This document shows, one piece after another, positions 38,385 to 51,845 of a stretch of 64,000 nucleotides of DNA. The notes under the pieces are model-generated. The model worked only from the letters and a program-made list of their open reading frames with translations. It was not told the origin of the DNA and did not search any database. Where the stretch lies: positions 3,100,001 through 3,164,000 of the forward strand of contig OZ287069.1 of assembly GCA_965645245.1 (NCBI GenBank), in the 5' to 3' direction. Position 1 is the first letter of the stretch. Each line of letters opens with the position of its first letter. The position numbers and the translations under genes were made by a program. This DNA comes from Massalongia carnosa. Its lineage: Eukaryota.

Positions 38385-39973
38385 GAGTTGAGACCTTCTC
38401 CTTAGTCCCCGAAGACTATTAGAGTCATACCGAGATTTTTTGGCAACGAGGGATATCCGATTTGGTTGATACAGGACTGGGATGCATGTGGGTATATGCA
38501 TGAGGCAACGCTGGAAGGGAACGCTGAGCCGGAAGAAGAAGCTGCATAAAAGGAGCTAAATCAAAGGAATCAGAGCCAGGAAATCCCGACCATCTTCATC
38601 CCTCGTCATTGGTTTGCACCTTTGAGACATCAAATTATCCTCCAAGATTATCGGAAATTTTGGAAGAACGTCTCATCCTCGTCTCATCGACTGACTCCTT
38701 TTCATAGAATATCAGTATAACCTTTCTATGGTATCCCTGCGTGCCCACATAACTATAAGCTTTAGGTACAATCTCAATCTCAACCTCAGCTTACAAGAAG
38801 ATCCTAACATATCTGTCTTATAGCTGCGAATCCCAAGAGCACCATGGCCCCAATCCACAGTCTATTAGCAGGAAGGCTCAGCAAGCAGGATATCAGAAGA
38901 ACGCCGTCATCTTCCAAAGTGGTTCTTCGTCGGCATCAAAGATTTTTCACAATTCTTTTTTTAAATATTTTTATAGCACTTCCTCCACTAATTTCCCAGC
39001 AAACATGTTTCTCAGCAGCAATCTTCACCAGCCCTCAACTTCCCGCCTTAGATTCCATCACCCTTTATCATATCCTTTCCAAACAGCAATCTTCAGCACT
39101 ACTTCTTCACCAACTTCAAATCCCCCTTCCTTAGCATTTCCTCATCAAGAATCCCAACTAACATCCGCAACCACCACCATCCAGACATAGAAAATCGCCC
39201 ACAGCAACCGAAGGCTAACCCCCCAATCAGCCTGCGCGACTGCGCGTCATGGACGGACGGACAGACGGTTAGACAAGGGGTGGCTGGGGGGGTTTGGTTT
39301 AGGGAGGTTGTGCCTGGACCAAGATGGACATTCAACGAGAAATTGCGATTTTCCTTTCGTTCCCCTCCTTCTTGATGCATTAATACATGACATATAGCAA
39401 TGTTATTTTATCCCCAAAGAACCTGACTGCGAAATGGCTTGGTATTTTGAGGTGTGAGTGTGAGCCCTATGCGGTTTTTGTGTTTTTTTGGGGGGGTTGG
39501 TGATTCGAGGCAACACCTCCCCTCCCTAATCATTCCATTCATCATACTTCCTCTTTATTCCCCCCTCCCCCTGGGTATTTTTTTTTACTTTTCTTTTCCG
39601 TCCGTTTCCCCATATATAATTTACATCGGCAATGCACATGTAATTATTAACAGGACCAGGCAATTTCCGGTAGCCCTGGTTTATACCTAACCTAATTGGG
39701 CGGGCGGGAAATGTTGTTCTGCGGGGTTGTTAGGTTATGTAGATGGGATGGTGGTTGGTGGTTGGTGGTGGTGGTGGGGATTGAGGATTTTCTTGATAAG
39801 ATAAGATAGGGGAGCGAGGTAGGTTGGATGGTAAGAAAGAGAGAGAGAGAGCGCTTGCGGTATAAGTTCCGAAAACGTAATCTCTCTTTTCATAAAGAAA
39901 ATCGCTTGGTACAATCCCCCACCGACTTGCACCATCACCACCACCAACACCACCACCCCCCAAAAATCCATCC

Positions 39974-40947
39974 TCAATCACCAATCACCCCATCCGTCCC
40001 CGTCTCCCTCCACGCCCTTCTCAGCCCCACCCCGCCCGCCACCATCCCCAGCACCGCCACCGCCCGATCCCCCAACAAGCCCCGCTCCTCGAAACTCCAA
40101 TGCACCGTGAGCGGGAAATAGGCCAGGTTAGCGATGGCTTCGCGCCACCACCGGTCGTCGGATTCCATAGGTGTGGGTTTAGGGGGAATGGCGAGGGTGA
40201 GGGATTTTTCATTGGTGGATGGTGATGGTGGAGGTGGTAACGGGTGACTCTCAACCTCAGGTACGGCCGGCGGGAGCAGTCCCTGCTCTCGCTTCTTCAT
40301 TGCCGCCGCTTTTACTTCCTCTTCCTCCTCCTCCCTATTCCTAACCATCCACTCTCTCCCTAACCGCACTCCTTCCAGCCCCACATGCACCATCCACATC
40401 CTCCCGCTCCACGCCCATGCCGCCCGTCTCCGCTCGAACCCCCACCACCGCAACACCCCCCGGTCCGCCAAGAACGCCCCGTTCTCCAGCACCTGGTACG
40501 CCACATTCGCGAGCACCTGCGTCCAGGCGACGGCCCGCAGTATGGGGTCACGGGGTGGGCAGCGGACTAGAGAGACCGCCCAGGCGTGTAGCGGGAGGAG
40601 ACCGGTGAGGCGTAGGGAGAGGCGCAGGGTCGAGAGCAGAGAGAGTAGGGCCGTAGTGGAGATGTGGTCGGTGCTGAGGCGGGGAATGGTGCTGAGTAGG
40701 GAGAGCGTGTAGTAGATGGTGCTGAGGAGGGCGTCAAGGTGGGCGGTTGTGAGAGTTAGGCTGAGGGGGGAGGGGGGAAATTCAATCAGTCCCGTTGGTT
40801 TTGTGGGAGGATGGGGGTAGGGAAGGATAGATACCGGTGGAGGTGGGCTAAGTGGGCGTTTGTTTTTGAGAGAGAGGGGAGGAGGTTGAGGAGGCGGAGA
40901 GTGTTGGGTTTGGGGGAGGGGGCGGAGGAGGAGGAGTGGGAGGACAT
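39974..40947 (-). CDS. Peroxisomal membrane protein, PEX11 family
   Basis: LRLSLRLTGLLPL, YQVLENGAFLADRGV, WSGRMWMVHVGLE, NLAYFPLTVHWS; intron ~40761-40833. Confidence 0.8.
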
Positions 40948-41281
40948 TTTGAGGGAGTCTGAGACTTGAATTAAAGTCGATCGGGGGCGATGAGGGGGGA
41001 GGGGAAGGTTTGAGAGTGGGTAGAGGAGAGGAATGTTAGGTGAACAGGACCTCGGCTATTCTAGGATCACGTGGTGATTGGCGATAAGAAAAAGTAGAAA
41101 TTGAATACTGTTGATCGACTTTGATGCTTTATACGCTTCGGGGCAAATCCGACTTCCTATTTGTCTAATTAATACTTTATGTAGCTGATTCTAGCTTTTC
41201 GAGTACAGACCAGCAACATCCTCGGAGTGGCGATTCGTGTTGCTTGGGTTTGGTTCCCATATGCCTAGGGATTTGCAATCA

Positions 41282-42640
41282 TCATATCGACATGATGATA
41301 TCTGCCATTCCAAGATCCACTCCCTCTTCCGTAACCGCAACTCCTTCTTCCACCTCCACCTCCCCTTCTTCTCCTCCGAGGCCGTCCGTGCCATCGTGTC
41401 CCGGGAGAGGAACGTTGGATGCCTCATTCAACAGCTCATTATTGAGAATATGCCATAACCCCATATCAAACTCCACGCTATCGGCTTCCTTCGCTTTCAC
41501 TCTCTGGCTTGATCGAGCTGAGACTGAATCTCGTCGGCGAGATTTCAACATCCCCCGAAACGCACGTTTCACTCCATCCCGGAACCCTTTGCTCTCCGAC
41601 TCAGGGCCTTGATCTCCCTGCCCGGAAGAGCCAGTAAGGTTGGCAGAGCGTCGGTTGTACAGATTGTTGGAGATTAACTGCCTTGTAACGTTCAACGAGT
41701 AGCGTCTCGCGCTGTCCAGGTGCCGAAGCGAAGGGCGTGACGGTCGGACCTCCTGTAGACCTAGCTTGCGCATCACACTGACTTGACAGACTGGACGATT
41801 GTCCCGCTCAAAGTTTATCTTAGGGGACTGTTTAGACTCTGCAAAGACGTCACCAAACTTTACCCATGTACGATCGCGAAATGTGGGGCGACAGGTTTGG
41901 CAGTAATGGAATTGGCATTGAGGGAACATGGACGGCTTCGGCTGCACCTGGAGGGCAGAGGCTGTAGGAATCGGCTCGGGGTTTTTAATGTCATAGATCT
42001 TTGGAACGATAGGATCTGAGCATTTGGAATTGGTTTTAGCGGAAGGCGATGTAATTAGCGATATAGAGGGTAGGACGTCTGAAATATTCTCTGGATGGGA
42101 TTTGAAGTGTTCCTCAGCGGCCGCTATTGCATCTACTACCTTTTGTTTCTGTGCGCGCAATCTAACAACCTGTGCCGGAGTGTAATGGCCCCCTAGGATC
42201 GCCTTCTCTACCCAATGGTTCAGGGGTGTTTCCGGAGCGGGCACCTGCGATATGTTTTCATCCGGTATTACAAGCTGCTTGGCGCTCTTCTCCTGTTCAG
42301 TGCCGTCAGTCGCTGCCGGGGCTTTAGTCTTTGAACTGCCCTGCGCATCGTCTTGTGTGCAGGAATACAGCCAGCCGAAAGGAGAAGGCTGCTGGCACAC
42401 TGCACACTCGTAAGGGCCGTAGAGTCGGTTCATGGTGAGGTGGGTACAAGCAGCGCGTCGTGTTTGCACGGAAGGTATTATAAGTGGGATTCGCGCTGGA
42501 TCTGCAGACGAGGAGGAAGGCGAATTGGACATGGCACCGTCTTTTATTGCCAGCATGAATGAATGGATGGTATCCCAAATATAATCCGCAGTAGACTTCT
42601 CCGATATGGGCACATGTGAAGTTACATTTGACGTTTTCAT
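41282..42640 (-). CDS. Hypothetical protein with two Cys/His clusters
   Basis: 452-aa ORF with CTHLTM..YECAVCQQPSPFGWLYSCTQD and CQFHYCQTCRP, ending GVAVTEEGVDLGMADIIMSI. The true start may be an internal Met. Confidence 0.75.
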   Translation of the reverse strand: MKTSNVTSHVPISEKSTADYIWDTIHSFMLAIKDGAMSNSPSSSSADPARIPLIIPSVQTRRAACTHLTMNRLYGPYECAVCQQPSPFGWLYSCTQDDAQGSSKTKAPAATDGTEQEKSAKQLVIPDENISQVPAPETPLNHWVEKAILGGHYTPAQVVRLRAQKQKVVDAIAAAEEHFKSHPENISDVLPSISLITSPSAKTNSKCSDPIVPKIYDIKNPEPIPTASALQVQPKPSMFPQCQFHYCQTCRPTFRDRTWVKFGDVFAESKQSPKINFERDNRPVCQVSVMRKLGLQEVRPSRPSLRHLDSARRYSLNVTRQLISNNLYNRRSANLTGSSGQGDQGPESESKGFRDGVKRAFRGMLKSRRRDSVSARSSQRVKAKEADSVEFDMGLWHILNNELLNEASNVPLPGHDGTDGLGGEEGEVEVEEGVAVTEEGVDLGMADIIMSI

Positions 42641-43775
42641 CTTCTCGGTGAGCGGCGGATGAGAAAGGCTTCAAATAATACACATGTGAAGGAAAGTCAC
42701 GGATAAAGCTTAGGGCTTCGCTTCGCTTAAAGGAAATATAAAAAAATGTAGGGAAAATGCAGGGAAGCTTATAGGAAACATCGTCTGATGCACCAGCAGA
42801 AATGTGAAGCGAAGTAGTTATCCACGGTTTATTTGGTGCTTTGAAAAACCCAATCACTTGAGCAATCATATACTGACGGGATTGCAAACCGAATTGCGAT
42901 CATGAGATCCATGGAATCCATATTTTCGGCTGAGGATGGATATTATGAAAGCAATTTACACGATTAATAGGAGAGACCGTTGGTGAAGCCGAGGATGGCC
43001 GGACGTCTAGTTACCTGTCATGCCTTTCATGTCTCATACTTGAGGTTAGAAAGAATGACGATGAAGCAAGGGGAAATAATGGCATCCTGAAGAGTAATGA
43101 GAGTTACCAGATGCAAACTCAGCCTATCTGTTTGACCTCGATACTCCAAGCGAAACATGGGTAATGTGTTAATGAGTAATTGGATGGATGAAAGTTGAGA
43201 GTGACCAGTCAAAATAGCTTGTTTCATCAACCTCGTCACCTTCATGGAGATAACTATCATGAGGGCAGAATAGCTTGATAGGTACGGATACATAGGTACT
43301 CGTACTCTGTCTGTACAGAGGGTAACTAGTCACCCATTGCCACATTGCCACCCAACGCTCTAACCAAGAGGAGAATAGTCAGTTGTCCTCTCCGCAATCG
43401 CTTTGTTGAGCGCGAGTCGTGGCGTTCGCGGTGTTGATACGCGAGCAAACATGGCTAAAATGTGCGTGGCTGCCTATGACAGATTATCGTATCACTTCTC
43501 GACCTCTTCTGTAAAGTTGAAACTCTTTCGTGGCTGTTGATTGATTGGGTCACACACTGGCTGTTTTTCGTTCATTACTGGCAGTGAGAGGCACGCCAGT
43601 TCTCCCTCCTCCCACGCTCTCGCCATTTCCCTTTCCCTGTCGACGGCTAGCACTGTCACGCACCATCAGCACCTCCCGTACACTTTCCTTAGCCGATGTT
43701 ATGCTAGGTAAAGCATTGCAGGACCACAGTCCGAAACCAGGGCGTAAAATCCCCCATCCCTCCTAGCAGTCTTGC

Positions 43776-46303
43776 ATGAAAGGCAATACATTGAAGCCAA
43801 GCGCAGGTGCGGTGCTAAATGCACGGTCATGGCCCACAACGACCAATCCTCTGAAACGTACTGCATCCCAGGTCAATACGATAAGCCCTTCCTTGAGCCG
43901 GCAAGGCTCAGCATCGAGCAATCGTACTTTCATAAGACAAGACTCGGTAGCGAGCGGCAATACTTTCGGAGGGTTTTCACAAGCGAGTGTTGATGGAGGG
44001 CGGCTTGGGAAGCTACATGAGGGTGTTTGGTTTGATGAGAATGACTTTGAAGATGATGCCGATATCGATCTGGATGCGGATGATCAACAATTGGCAAAGA
44101 CATCTTTTGGTGCTCAAGTATCATATCCCTCGCTCCAAGGCCCGGCCGCCTCCCAAAAATCACCTCCACAACCCCCAAATCCGGCCGGCTCTCAAATTCC
44201 TTATCCAACCTTACCTCTTCCTGCACCAATTGCACTACCTATCCAGCCGAGAGAAAGTAATGCGACACTTTCATGGTCATCTTCCCCCCCTTACCACAAG
44301 CTTTCTCCCCCACCAAAGGAGATGCCTCCGGCCAACCGAGGTAAACGAAGAACTATACCTTGGCAGAATGTAGAGGGCTCGCAGCCTAAGGTTCCCGTTG
44401 TTGCCCAAGCCGCCGTACAACAGATTTTAGACCGGAACAACGCAAATAAAGGTAAGCAAGGCTCCGATCAAGCTTTATTCTCTCCAATCTTGAAAGATAA
44501 GCCTCATTCTCCATACCCATGGAATAAGACCGCAAGTGCCCTGAAAGAGGAACAGAAAAGATTACGACAAGGAAATAAGAAGCTGGTTCGAAACAATGAG
44601 GCAGACGAAGATACAAAAAAGAATGCTTCTACCAAGAAAAAAGCAGGTATCGCTCGGGTGTATCTCAGCGATGAACAGAGAATGGTCTTGAATTTGGTCA
44701 CGGAGGAGAGGAAAAGTGTTTTCTTCACAGGCTCTGCTGGTACAGGAAAGTCGGTTCTTTTGAGAGAAATCATCAAAACCTTGCGGGTCAAACACAGGAC
44801 GCAGCCGGATCGAGTTGCGGTTACAGCGTCCACCGGATTGGCTGCCTGCAACGTCGGAGGTGTCACGCTTCACAGCTTTGCAGGGATAGGTCTAGGGAAG
44901 GAAGATATTCCAGAGCTGGTAAAGAAAATCAAGCGAAATCAAAAGGCTAAGAACCGATGGATGCGCACGAAAATCCTCATTGTTGATGAAATTTCCATGG
45001 TGGATGGCGAGCTGTTTGATAAACTGGAGGGCATCGCTCGTATCATAAGGAACAATGGCAGGCCGTTTGGTGGTATCCAACTCGTGATAACGGGTGACTT
45101 CTTTCAATTACCGCCAGTGCCGGACTATGGAAAGATCTCCAAGTTTGCATTTGATGCTGCGACCTGGAATACTTCCATTGAGCATACTATAGGCTTAACG
45201 CAAGTTTTTCGCCAAAAAGATCCAGGTAGGCTGCTTTCCTAGCATACCTAGCATCCGGCTAACAAAAAAGTCTTCGCAAACATGCTTAATGAAATGCGAC
45301 TTGGAAAGCTTTCGCCTCAATCGATCGAGACGTTCCGAAGTCTAAGTCGTCCATTGGCATTTGGAGATGATTTCGAAGCCACTGAGCTGTAGGTGACTCC
45401 TCGATTCGCATATCTAAGTTATGAACTAACGTCTGCAGATTCCCCACACGGCAAGAAGTCGACAATGCAAATAGCAATCGCATGCGGAATTTAACCGGTA
45501 AATCATGGGATTTCCGAGCAGATGATGGGGGATCGATTCAGGACCGCTCCCAACGCGACAAGCTGTTATCAAATTGCATGGCAGCACCCTTAATAACGCT
45601 TAAGCAAGGTTCCCAGGTGATGCTGATCAAAAACATCGACGAAACCTTGGTGAATGGATCGGTTGGAAAGGTGGTGGCGTTCATGGACGAGAAGACCTTT
45701 GACATCTACCATGAAGATGAGGACGAATTTCAAGCAGTAGAGACTATGGACCTGAATGATGAAGACATGACACAATCTCGCAAGAAGCTCAAAGCAGCGA
45801 TCAATGGCGACACTAGTCAGAAGTGGCCTCTTGTTCGCTTTGGCCTTTCAGATGGTAGTTCCAGAGACCTCCTATGCCAGAAAGAGTCTTGGAAAATCGA
45901 GCTGCCAAACGGCGAGGTTCAGGCATCCCGGTCGCAAGTACCATTAATCCTGGCATGGGCTCTATCTATCCACAAGGCACAAGGACAGACCCTGGAACGG
46001 GTGAAGGTGGATCTAGGGAAAATTTTCGAAAAGGGTCAGGCTTATGTGGCGCTCAGTCGTGCTACATGTCAAGAGGGATTGCAGATTACGAGATTTGATC
46101 CTAAAAAGGTCATGGCTCACGATAAAGTCCGAGCGTTTTATAACAGCTTATACAGCATTGAAGAGGCCAGAGTTTCGGCCACTTCTGGATTTGGAGGCGC
46201 ATCTAAGAAGGTTGAGACTGTAAAGAATTTCAACCCGGATTTAATGCATAGAGGTCATGCTTCCGACGATGACAATGATGCCTTACAGGAATTGTTTATG
46301 TAA
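43776..46303 (+). CDS. PIF1: ATP-dependent DNA helicase Pif1
   Basis: [67 protein letters not shown]; two introns. The start is ambiguous (see findings). Confidence 0.97.
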
Positions 46304-46591
46304 TGTCTACATGGGGATATCTGACTTGCTTGGGCTTCGGTGGATTGAAGGCGGATTAGCTGCATCTTTAAGTTCATCACTTTTCATCGTGACCATGTAT
46401 TAACTGCCCGTAAAAAGAACGTGACGTCGAAGGTCGTGAGCTGCTGATTGGGATACTTAATTTACGTCCACTTTTGGTGAATTGCACAAATAGGATTTCA
46501 CTAACCGCGCTTATGAAGTCAAAAACTTTGCGCAGTTGTGCTATAAAGTCCTTGTAGGCCAGTTGATTACCGCTCGTCCGACTAATCAACA

Positions 46592-48949
46592 ATGGCCGAG
46601 TTTGTTGGTTTGACTGTTCTCGTCACTGTCAAGGATCCGCCAGGTGAAAAGTATCGGGGCATCGTATTGAAGGTCGTCGAGCGCCACTTATCCCTCCATC
46701 AAGGCATGTGTCGATGGCCGTCAGGACGATTGCTGGAAGATGCTGATTGGCAACTCTAGTCACTACCCTATCTTCCGGCACCCAATGTAGTTCCTTGGTT
46801 ATTGAAGGGTTGAACATCTTGGAGCTGGAAATCGAGCGAGATGCGATCTCTTCCGCATCTGCAGCCACGCCTGTGATTGATCCTGCTATTGTTAGTTACT
46901 ATAGACCATCTACTAAACCCGAAATTGCGTCGCCCAATACCTCGCCAGACCGCCATCGACCAAGCCCACCTACCAGCGAATCTCCTGATGTCTCAGCTCT
47001 AGCTTCTCGAACGGTACTACTGAGGCCGCTCTCCAAACCCATAGTGCCCATCGACACCAAGTCACAGGAAACTACGCTTCAATCTCCGATCTTTGGCGAC
47101 AATGTTGCGTCCGCCACCCTTACTGCTCCATTCAACGAGCTTTCCCTAGATGGAGATCCTCGGGGACAGGAATATGCAGAGGAAAGCACCACCTTCCCCC
47201 AAGATGATGTCTCACACGAGCCGGAGCAACTGCTTCCGACGCAGCCAACCGTGAAATCCAAATCGAGGCGAATTAGGACGAGGAGACGTACTGCCAGGGC
47301 GAGAGCAGGAGATCTGGGTGACGCCTCGACGGAGCCGCAAACAATACAACTGGAACCCACCCTTTCTGTAGCAAATGCCGGGGGCAGGAGACCCAACGGC
47401 TGGAGGCAAACGCCATTGACTGAACCAGCCTCCCATGCAACTTTAAGACAAACACCGGATCCGCATTCTTCTCCGAAACAAGACTTGACGGAGAAGAGGG
47501 TTCGGCGTCAACGTTTGAAAACAAGCGAAGACCAGAATGGGTGGATTACTGGAGAGGCTACGGATATACAGGATATGGGAGACTTCGATTTCGAAGGTAA
47601 TCTGTCGAAATTCGATAAGCGTGGAGTCTTTGATAAGATCCGACTAGAGGATACTACTGCGGATGAAGACCGACTGGTTAGCTTCAATCGCCTTCCGGCG
47701 CGACCAGGTACGGCTGGAGGGAAGAACCTACACCACACAGAGAACGTTCTCGACTCGCCGACAGCCCATGGGCGTATAGTTTGGAACAGTGAGGACAGCG
47801 AGAAAGATATGAGTGAAGCCAAAGCCAGCAGCGGTCGAAGTTCGCGCCGGAACATTTCTCGCGTTTCAGTCAGGAATCCGTCGTCACGAAAGGGGAGCGC
47901 CATCCTTGGCAATGACCACAACACAGGCTCTAGACTATTATCAGACCCGGTGGCCAGAGCCAGATATTCTTCCCATGAGCAGGCAGCGAGTCCCAAGCTG
48001 CCTAATCACTCCACATTACGCTTTTCGAAACCAGGCGCCCGCTCAGGAGCAAGCTTGCGCATCACCCCATCCGATCATATATGTCCTTGTGTCTCTCCTC
48101 TCCAAATGGCTGAACTTGAACAGCTTGCGATTTCGGAGCTTGGCTTGTCAGAAGATGTCATTGCCGAGAACGCATCTCGCGGGATTGCTGAGGCTGCGAT
48201 AAAAGTCGTCATGAAGAAGCGAGAGGAAGCCCCATCACAACTAATCTCTGGATCCCCGCTAATTATCATCTTGTCGGGAAATAACAAGAGCGGTGCTCGA
48301 GCGATTGCTGCCGCGCGGCATCTTCGGAATCATAACTCAAAGGTCGTTGTGTGCATGTTAGGACTAGAAAGGGAAGGTGATTTGCTCGAAAGCGTCCGTC
48401 GGCAGTTGAATACCTACCGCAAATGCGGCGGTCTGATAACTACAGCAGAGGGACTTGACAAGTCTTTACGAGCCCTAAAGGCACCCACAGAATTGATTGT
48501 CGATGCCTTGCTAGGCATGCATTTATCATTGGAAGATCTGGGAACCGACGATCAGGCAGCGTATATTCAGCTAACAAACTGGGCCAACAACAACGAAGCC
48601 AGTGTACTCGCTGTCGAAGTACCCTCCGGATTAGACGCTTCAAGTGGTATATCTATTATCGCCTATATAACGGTCCAGCGCTAATCAATCTTCAGGTTTG
48701 CCCACCATTATTGACGAACCCGAACTTGTCATCCGGGCTGAGTCCGTGCTCTCTCTCGGTGCCCCGAAGTCAGGTCTCCTCAAGGCTTTGGACAGAAGCG
48801 CCGTGGGCGAGAAATGGAAGCTTTTTGTGGCTGATATTGGGATTAACAATATGGCTTGGAGGAAGTTTGGGACCAGACGGGGCAAATACGGCGTTGAGTT
48901 TGGGAGCGAATGGGTGGCAACTCTGCAATTCCATGGAGGTGTAATATGA
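46592..48949 (+). CDS. EDC3: Enhancer of mRNA decapping Edc3 (LSm, FDF, YjeF-N)
   Basis: MAEFVGLTVLVT start, DFDFEGNLSKFDKRGVF (FDF domain), YjeF-N motifs GNNKSGA, LIVDALLG and EVPSG. Confidence 0.95.
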
Positions 48950-49229
48950 GATGCTCTGTAGGGGGAAATCACCGCAAGTTTTGAAGGAGCCTAGCTGTTC
49001 TGTGCTCCAGAGCTGAGGCTTCGGTATGTGGATAGATAAAATAAGCAACGATAATATAAGATTAGAAATTACTACCACAATATTTTAGTAATGAATACGT
49101 GTGATTGTACTTTAAATCCGTTCAAATCACATTGACCCTGATACGCACTCTGTATCAAACTTCAGCATATTTTAGGACTAGCGTGTTGATGTTTCGATAT
49201 CTGTTTTTTATCGATTACATACCTACACG

Positions 49230-51095
49230 ATGGGAAAAGGTAAGGCCAATATAAGTCGGTCTCTAACACACTGGATACTGATACGGGATCGTTCTAGGCA
49301 CTGACAAGCTATATGTGAGCTTTAGCAATGTTTCTTCTCAAACCATTGCACTCGCTAAATCCAAGTCTAGATCACTCATAGCGAGTGGGCTTCCGAGGAT
49401 GCTTACTCCGCCAGTGCTGGCTCTGGCATTGCAAAAGGAGGCGCACCAGATGGTTCTTTCAAAAGGCTTCCATTTAACTTCTGTGCTGTCTCGCTCCAGC
49501 CATTTTCCCATCCAGTCTGCACCGCCGACGGGACAATCTTCGACATCACGAATATTCTTCCATGGCTGAAAAAGCATGGCACCAACCCAGTCACTGGGAA
49601 ACCATTAAAGTCGACTGAGCTTATAAAGCTGCACTTTGCGAAGAACGATGAGGGGGAAATGGTGGATCCGGTGACCTTCAAGGTCTTCACGGATAATACG
49701 CATATCATAGCTCTCGGCAACTCCGGCAATGTCTTCGCCTACGACACGGTCGAAAGGCTTAACATAAAAGCCAAGATGTGGCGGGATCTGGTCAGTGACG
49801 AGGAGTTTGGCCGGAAAGATATCATCACTCTTCAAGACCCGCAGAATGTGGAAGCGAGGAACCTCAGCTCGTTCAAATATCTCCAAGACGGCGTGAGTAC
49901 GTTGACCCAAGAGCAACAGAAGGAGCGGAAAGATCCAAGTCGCAACGTTAATAAAGGAGCCTTGGGAAATGCTGCGATAGTTCTTGAATCTAAAGATCTT
50001 CCAAAAGCCCCCGGTCCGAAAACCAAACCAGAACCCGACCGAAAACGGACTCTCTCCTCCACTAAACCTTCCCTTCCATCCACCACCGCTTCCAACTCAT
50101 CCTCTTCGATTCACGCCTTTATCCCTCCCTCAACCCGTATCGCAAAATCCCTCCCATACAACGCAGCGCAGCACACGACCGGCCGCGCCGCTGCCTCATT
50201 TACCTCCACGGGCCTCACCCCCCACACCTCCAATGAGCGCGCTCTGCTCTCTGACGAAGAATACCTCCTCCACCCTCGTCGTGTTAAACAAAAAGGCTAC
50301 GCGCGGATACAAACCTCTCACGGCGACCTCAATATTGAGCTGCACCCTGAATTCGCCCCGCGCGCCGTGTGGAACTTTGTCCATCTGGCTCAGACGGGAT
50401 ACTACAAAAACGTCCCGTTCCACCGTAGTATTCGCCATTTCATGCTTCAAGGTGGGGATCCCACCGGTACGGGGAAAGGGGGTGCCAGCATATGGGGTCG
50501 GAACTTCAAGGACGAGTTCGATGGCCCCCTGGTGCACGACGCAAGAGGCATCGTCAGCATGGCTAACAAGGGAAAAGACACCAACGGCTCCCAGTTCTTC
50601 ATCCTCTACCGGCCCGCGCGACATTTGGATCGTAAGCATACAGTGTTCGGCAAAGTGGTCGGCGGCCTGGACACCCTGACGCTCATCGAAAACGTCCCCA
50701 CGGGGGAGGGCGATCGGCCGATGGAGGAGGTGGAGATCACCGACGTCGTCGTGTTCGTCGATCCGTTCGAGGAGGCACGCCGGGAGCGCCGGGAGAAGGA
50801 GGAGAGGGAGGTGGAGATGGCGGAAGCGCGGCAGATGGGAGGGAAAGATGACGAGCGCACGACCTGGACGGGAAAGAGGGTGGAAGTGGCCCATGGCCCG
50901 GGCAGAGGGAGGGCTGGTGATGGTGGTGGTGGTGTGGCAAGTGCCGAGGGGTCGGGCGGAGTAGGCAAATACTTACGCGCTATGGATACTACTTCTTCTT
51001 CGGCGGCAATGGTGGAGGAATGGGACGCGCCTGAGGAACCGGTCAAGAAACGGCCCAAAACGAGCGCGGGGTTTGGGAACTTTGATAGTTGGTGA
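49230..51095 (+). CDS. U-box / cyclophilin peptidyl-prolyl isomerase (PPIL2/Cyp8-like)
   Basis: MGKGTDKLYITHSEW from spliced exons, U-box (LPFNFC..SLQPF), FHRSIRHFMLQGGDPTGTG, SMANKG..TNGSQFF and C-terminal FGNFDSW. Confidence 0.95.
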
Positions 51096-51342
51096 ATTGA
51101 TTTGCCCCTGTTCCTGGTTGTTATTGTTGTTATCACCATCCGCTTCTTCATCGTCGTATTCGTATTTCCTGCCTTGCTGTCTCGTCTATTTCGGCAATGG
51201 CTACGTAAAGTAAGTACTTCGTAAATAAGTAGAAAGGTAGGTAGGTAGGTAGGACTCACTCACCCAACTCACCCTACTCACCTACTCCATCTCTCTACAC
51301 ACTATCACTCTCATTCTCACAAAATCACCCAAAGCCAGCACT

Positions 51343-51388
51343 AACCAACCAACCAACCAACCAACCAACCAACCAACCAACCAACCAA
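51343..51388. repeat. (AACC)n microsatellite
   Basis: About 11 tandem AACC units between convergent genes. Confidence 0.95.
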
Positions 51389-51845
51389 TCGAAAAAATTT
51401 TATTTTTTTTATTTCGATTCATCTCATACTAAAACCCCTTCCTCCCCCTAGCCTTGCGCTTATCCCTATCCTTGTTTGTGCCTTTGAAAGAGCCCCCCCA
51501 CCCGGACCCGGGGGGGGTAAGTTTGTTTGTGCGCGCCCATTTCGATAAGAAAAAAAAATTGAATAGAAAGAAGAAAGAAGATTGATGATGGGGGAGGGGG
51601 AGGGAAGGGGAAAATAAAATAAAAAAGACAATATTCATTCGATCGTTGTCGGGCAAAAAAACAAAGAAAGAAAGAACCCCCCTCTCAAATCAGCCTTTTG
51701 TGTCCCCCCCAAAAACCCCCCGGCCCCCCGGTTGAAAACCCCCCGCCCCTCTTGGCCACGCCATCGCATGCAGGTAGGCAGGTACCTATGGCAATATCGA
51801 CGACCAATCCCATGCATCGGCTAAAACCGCCCGGAAAACACCATC

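Noticed and set aside
43405..43450. CGCG-rich MCB-like cell-cycle elements upstream of PIF1
   Set aside because: No exact ACGCGT; too short to support without conservation data.
43776..46303. Link between host PIF1 and the Helitron Pif1 helicase
   Set aside because: They are ~38 kb apart with distinct subfamily motifs; co-occurrence looks coincidental.
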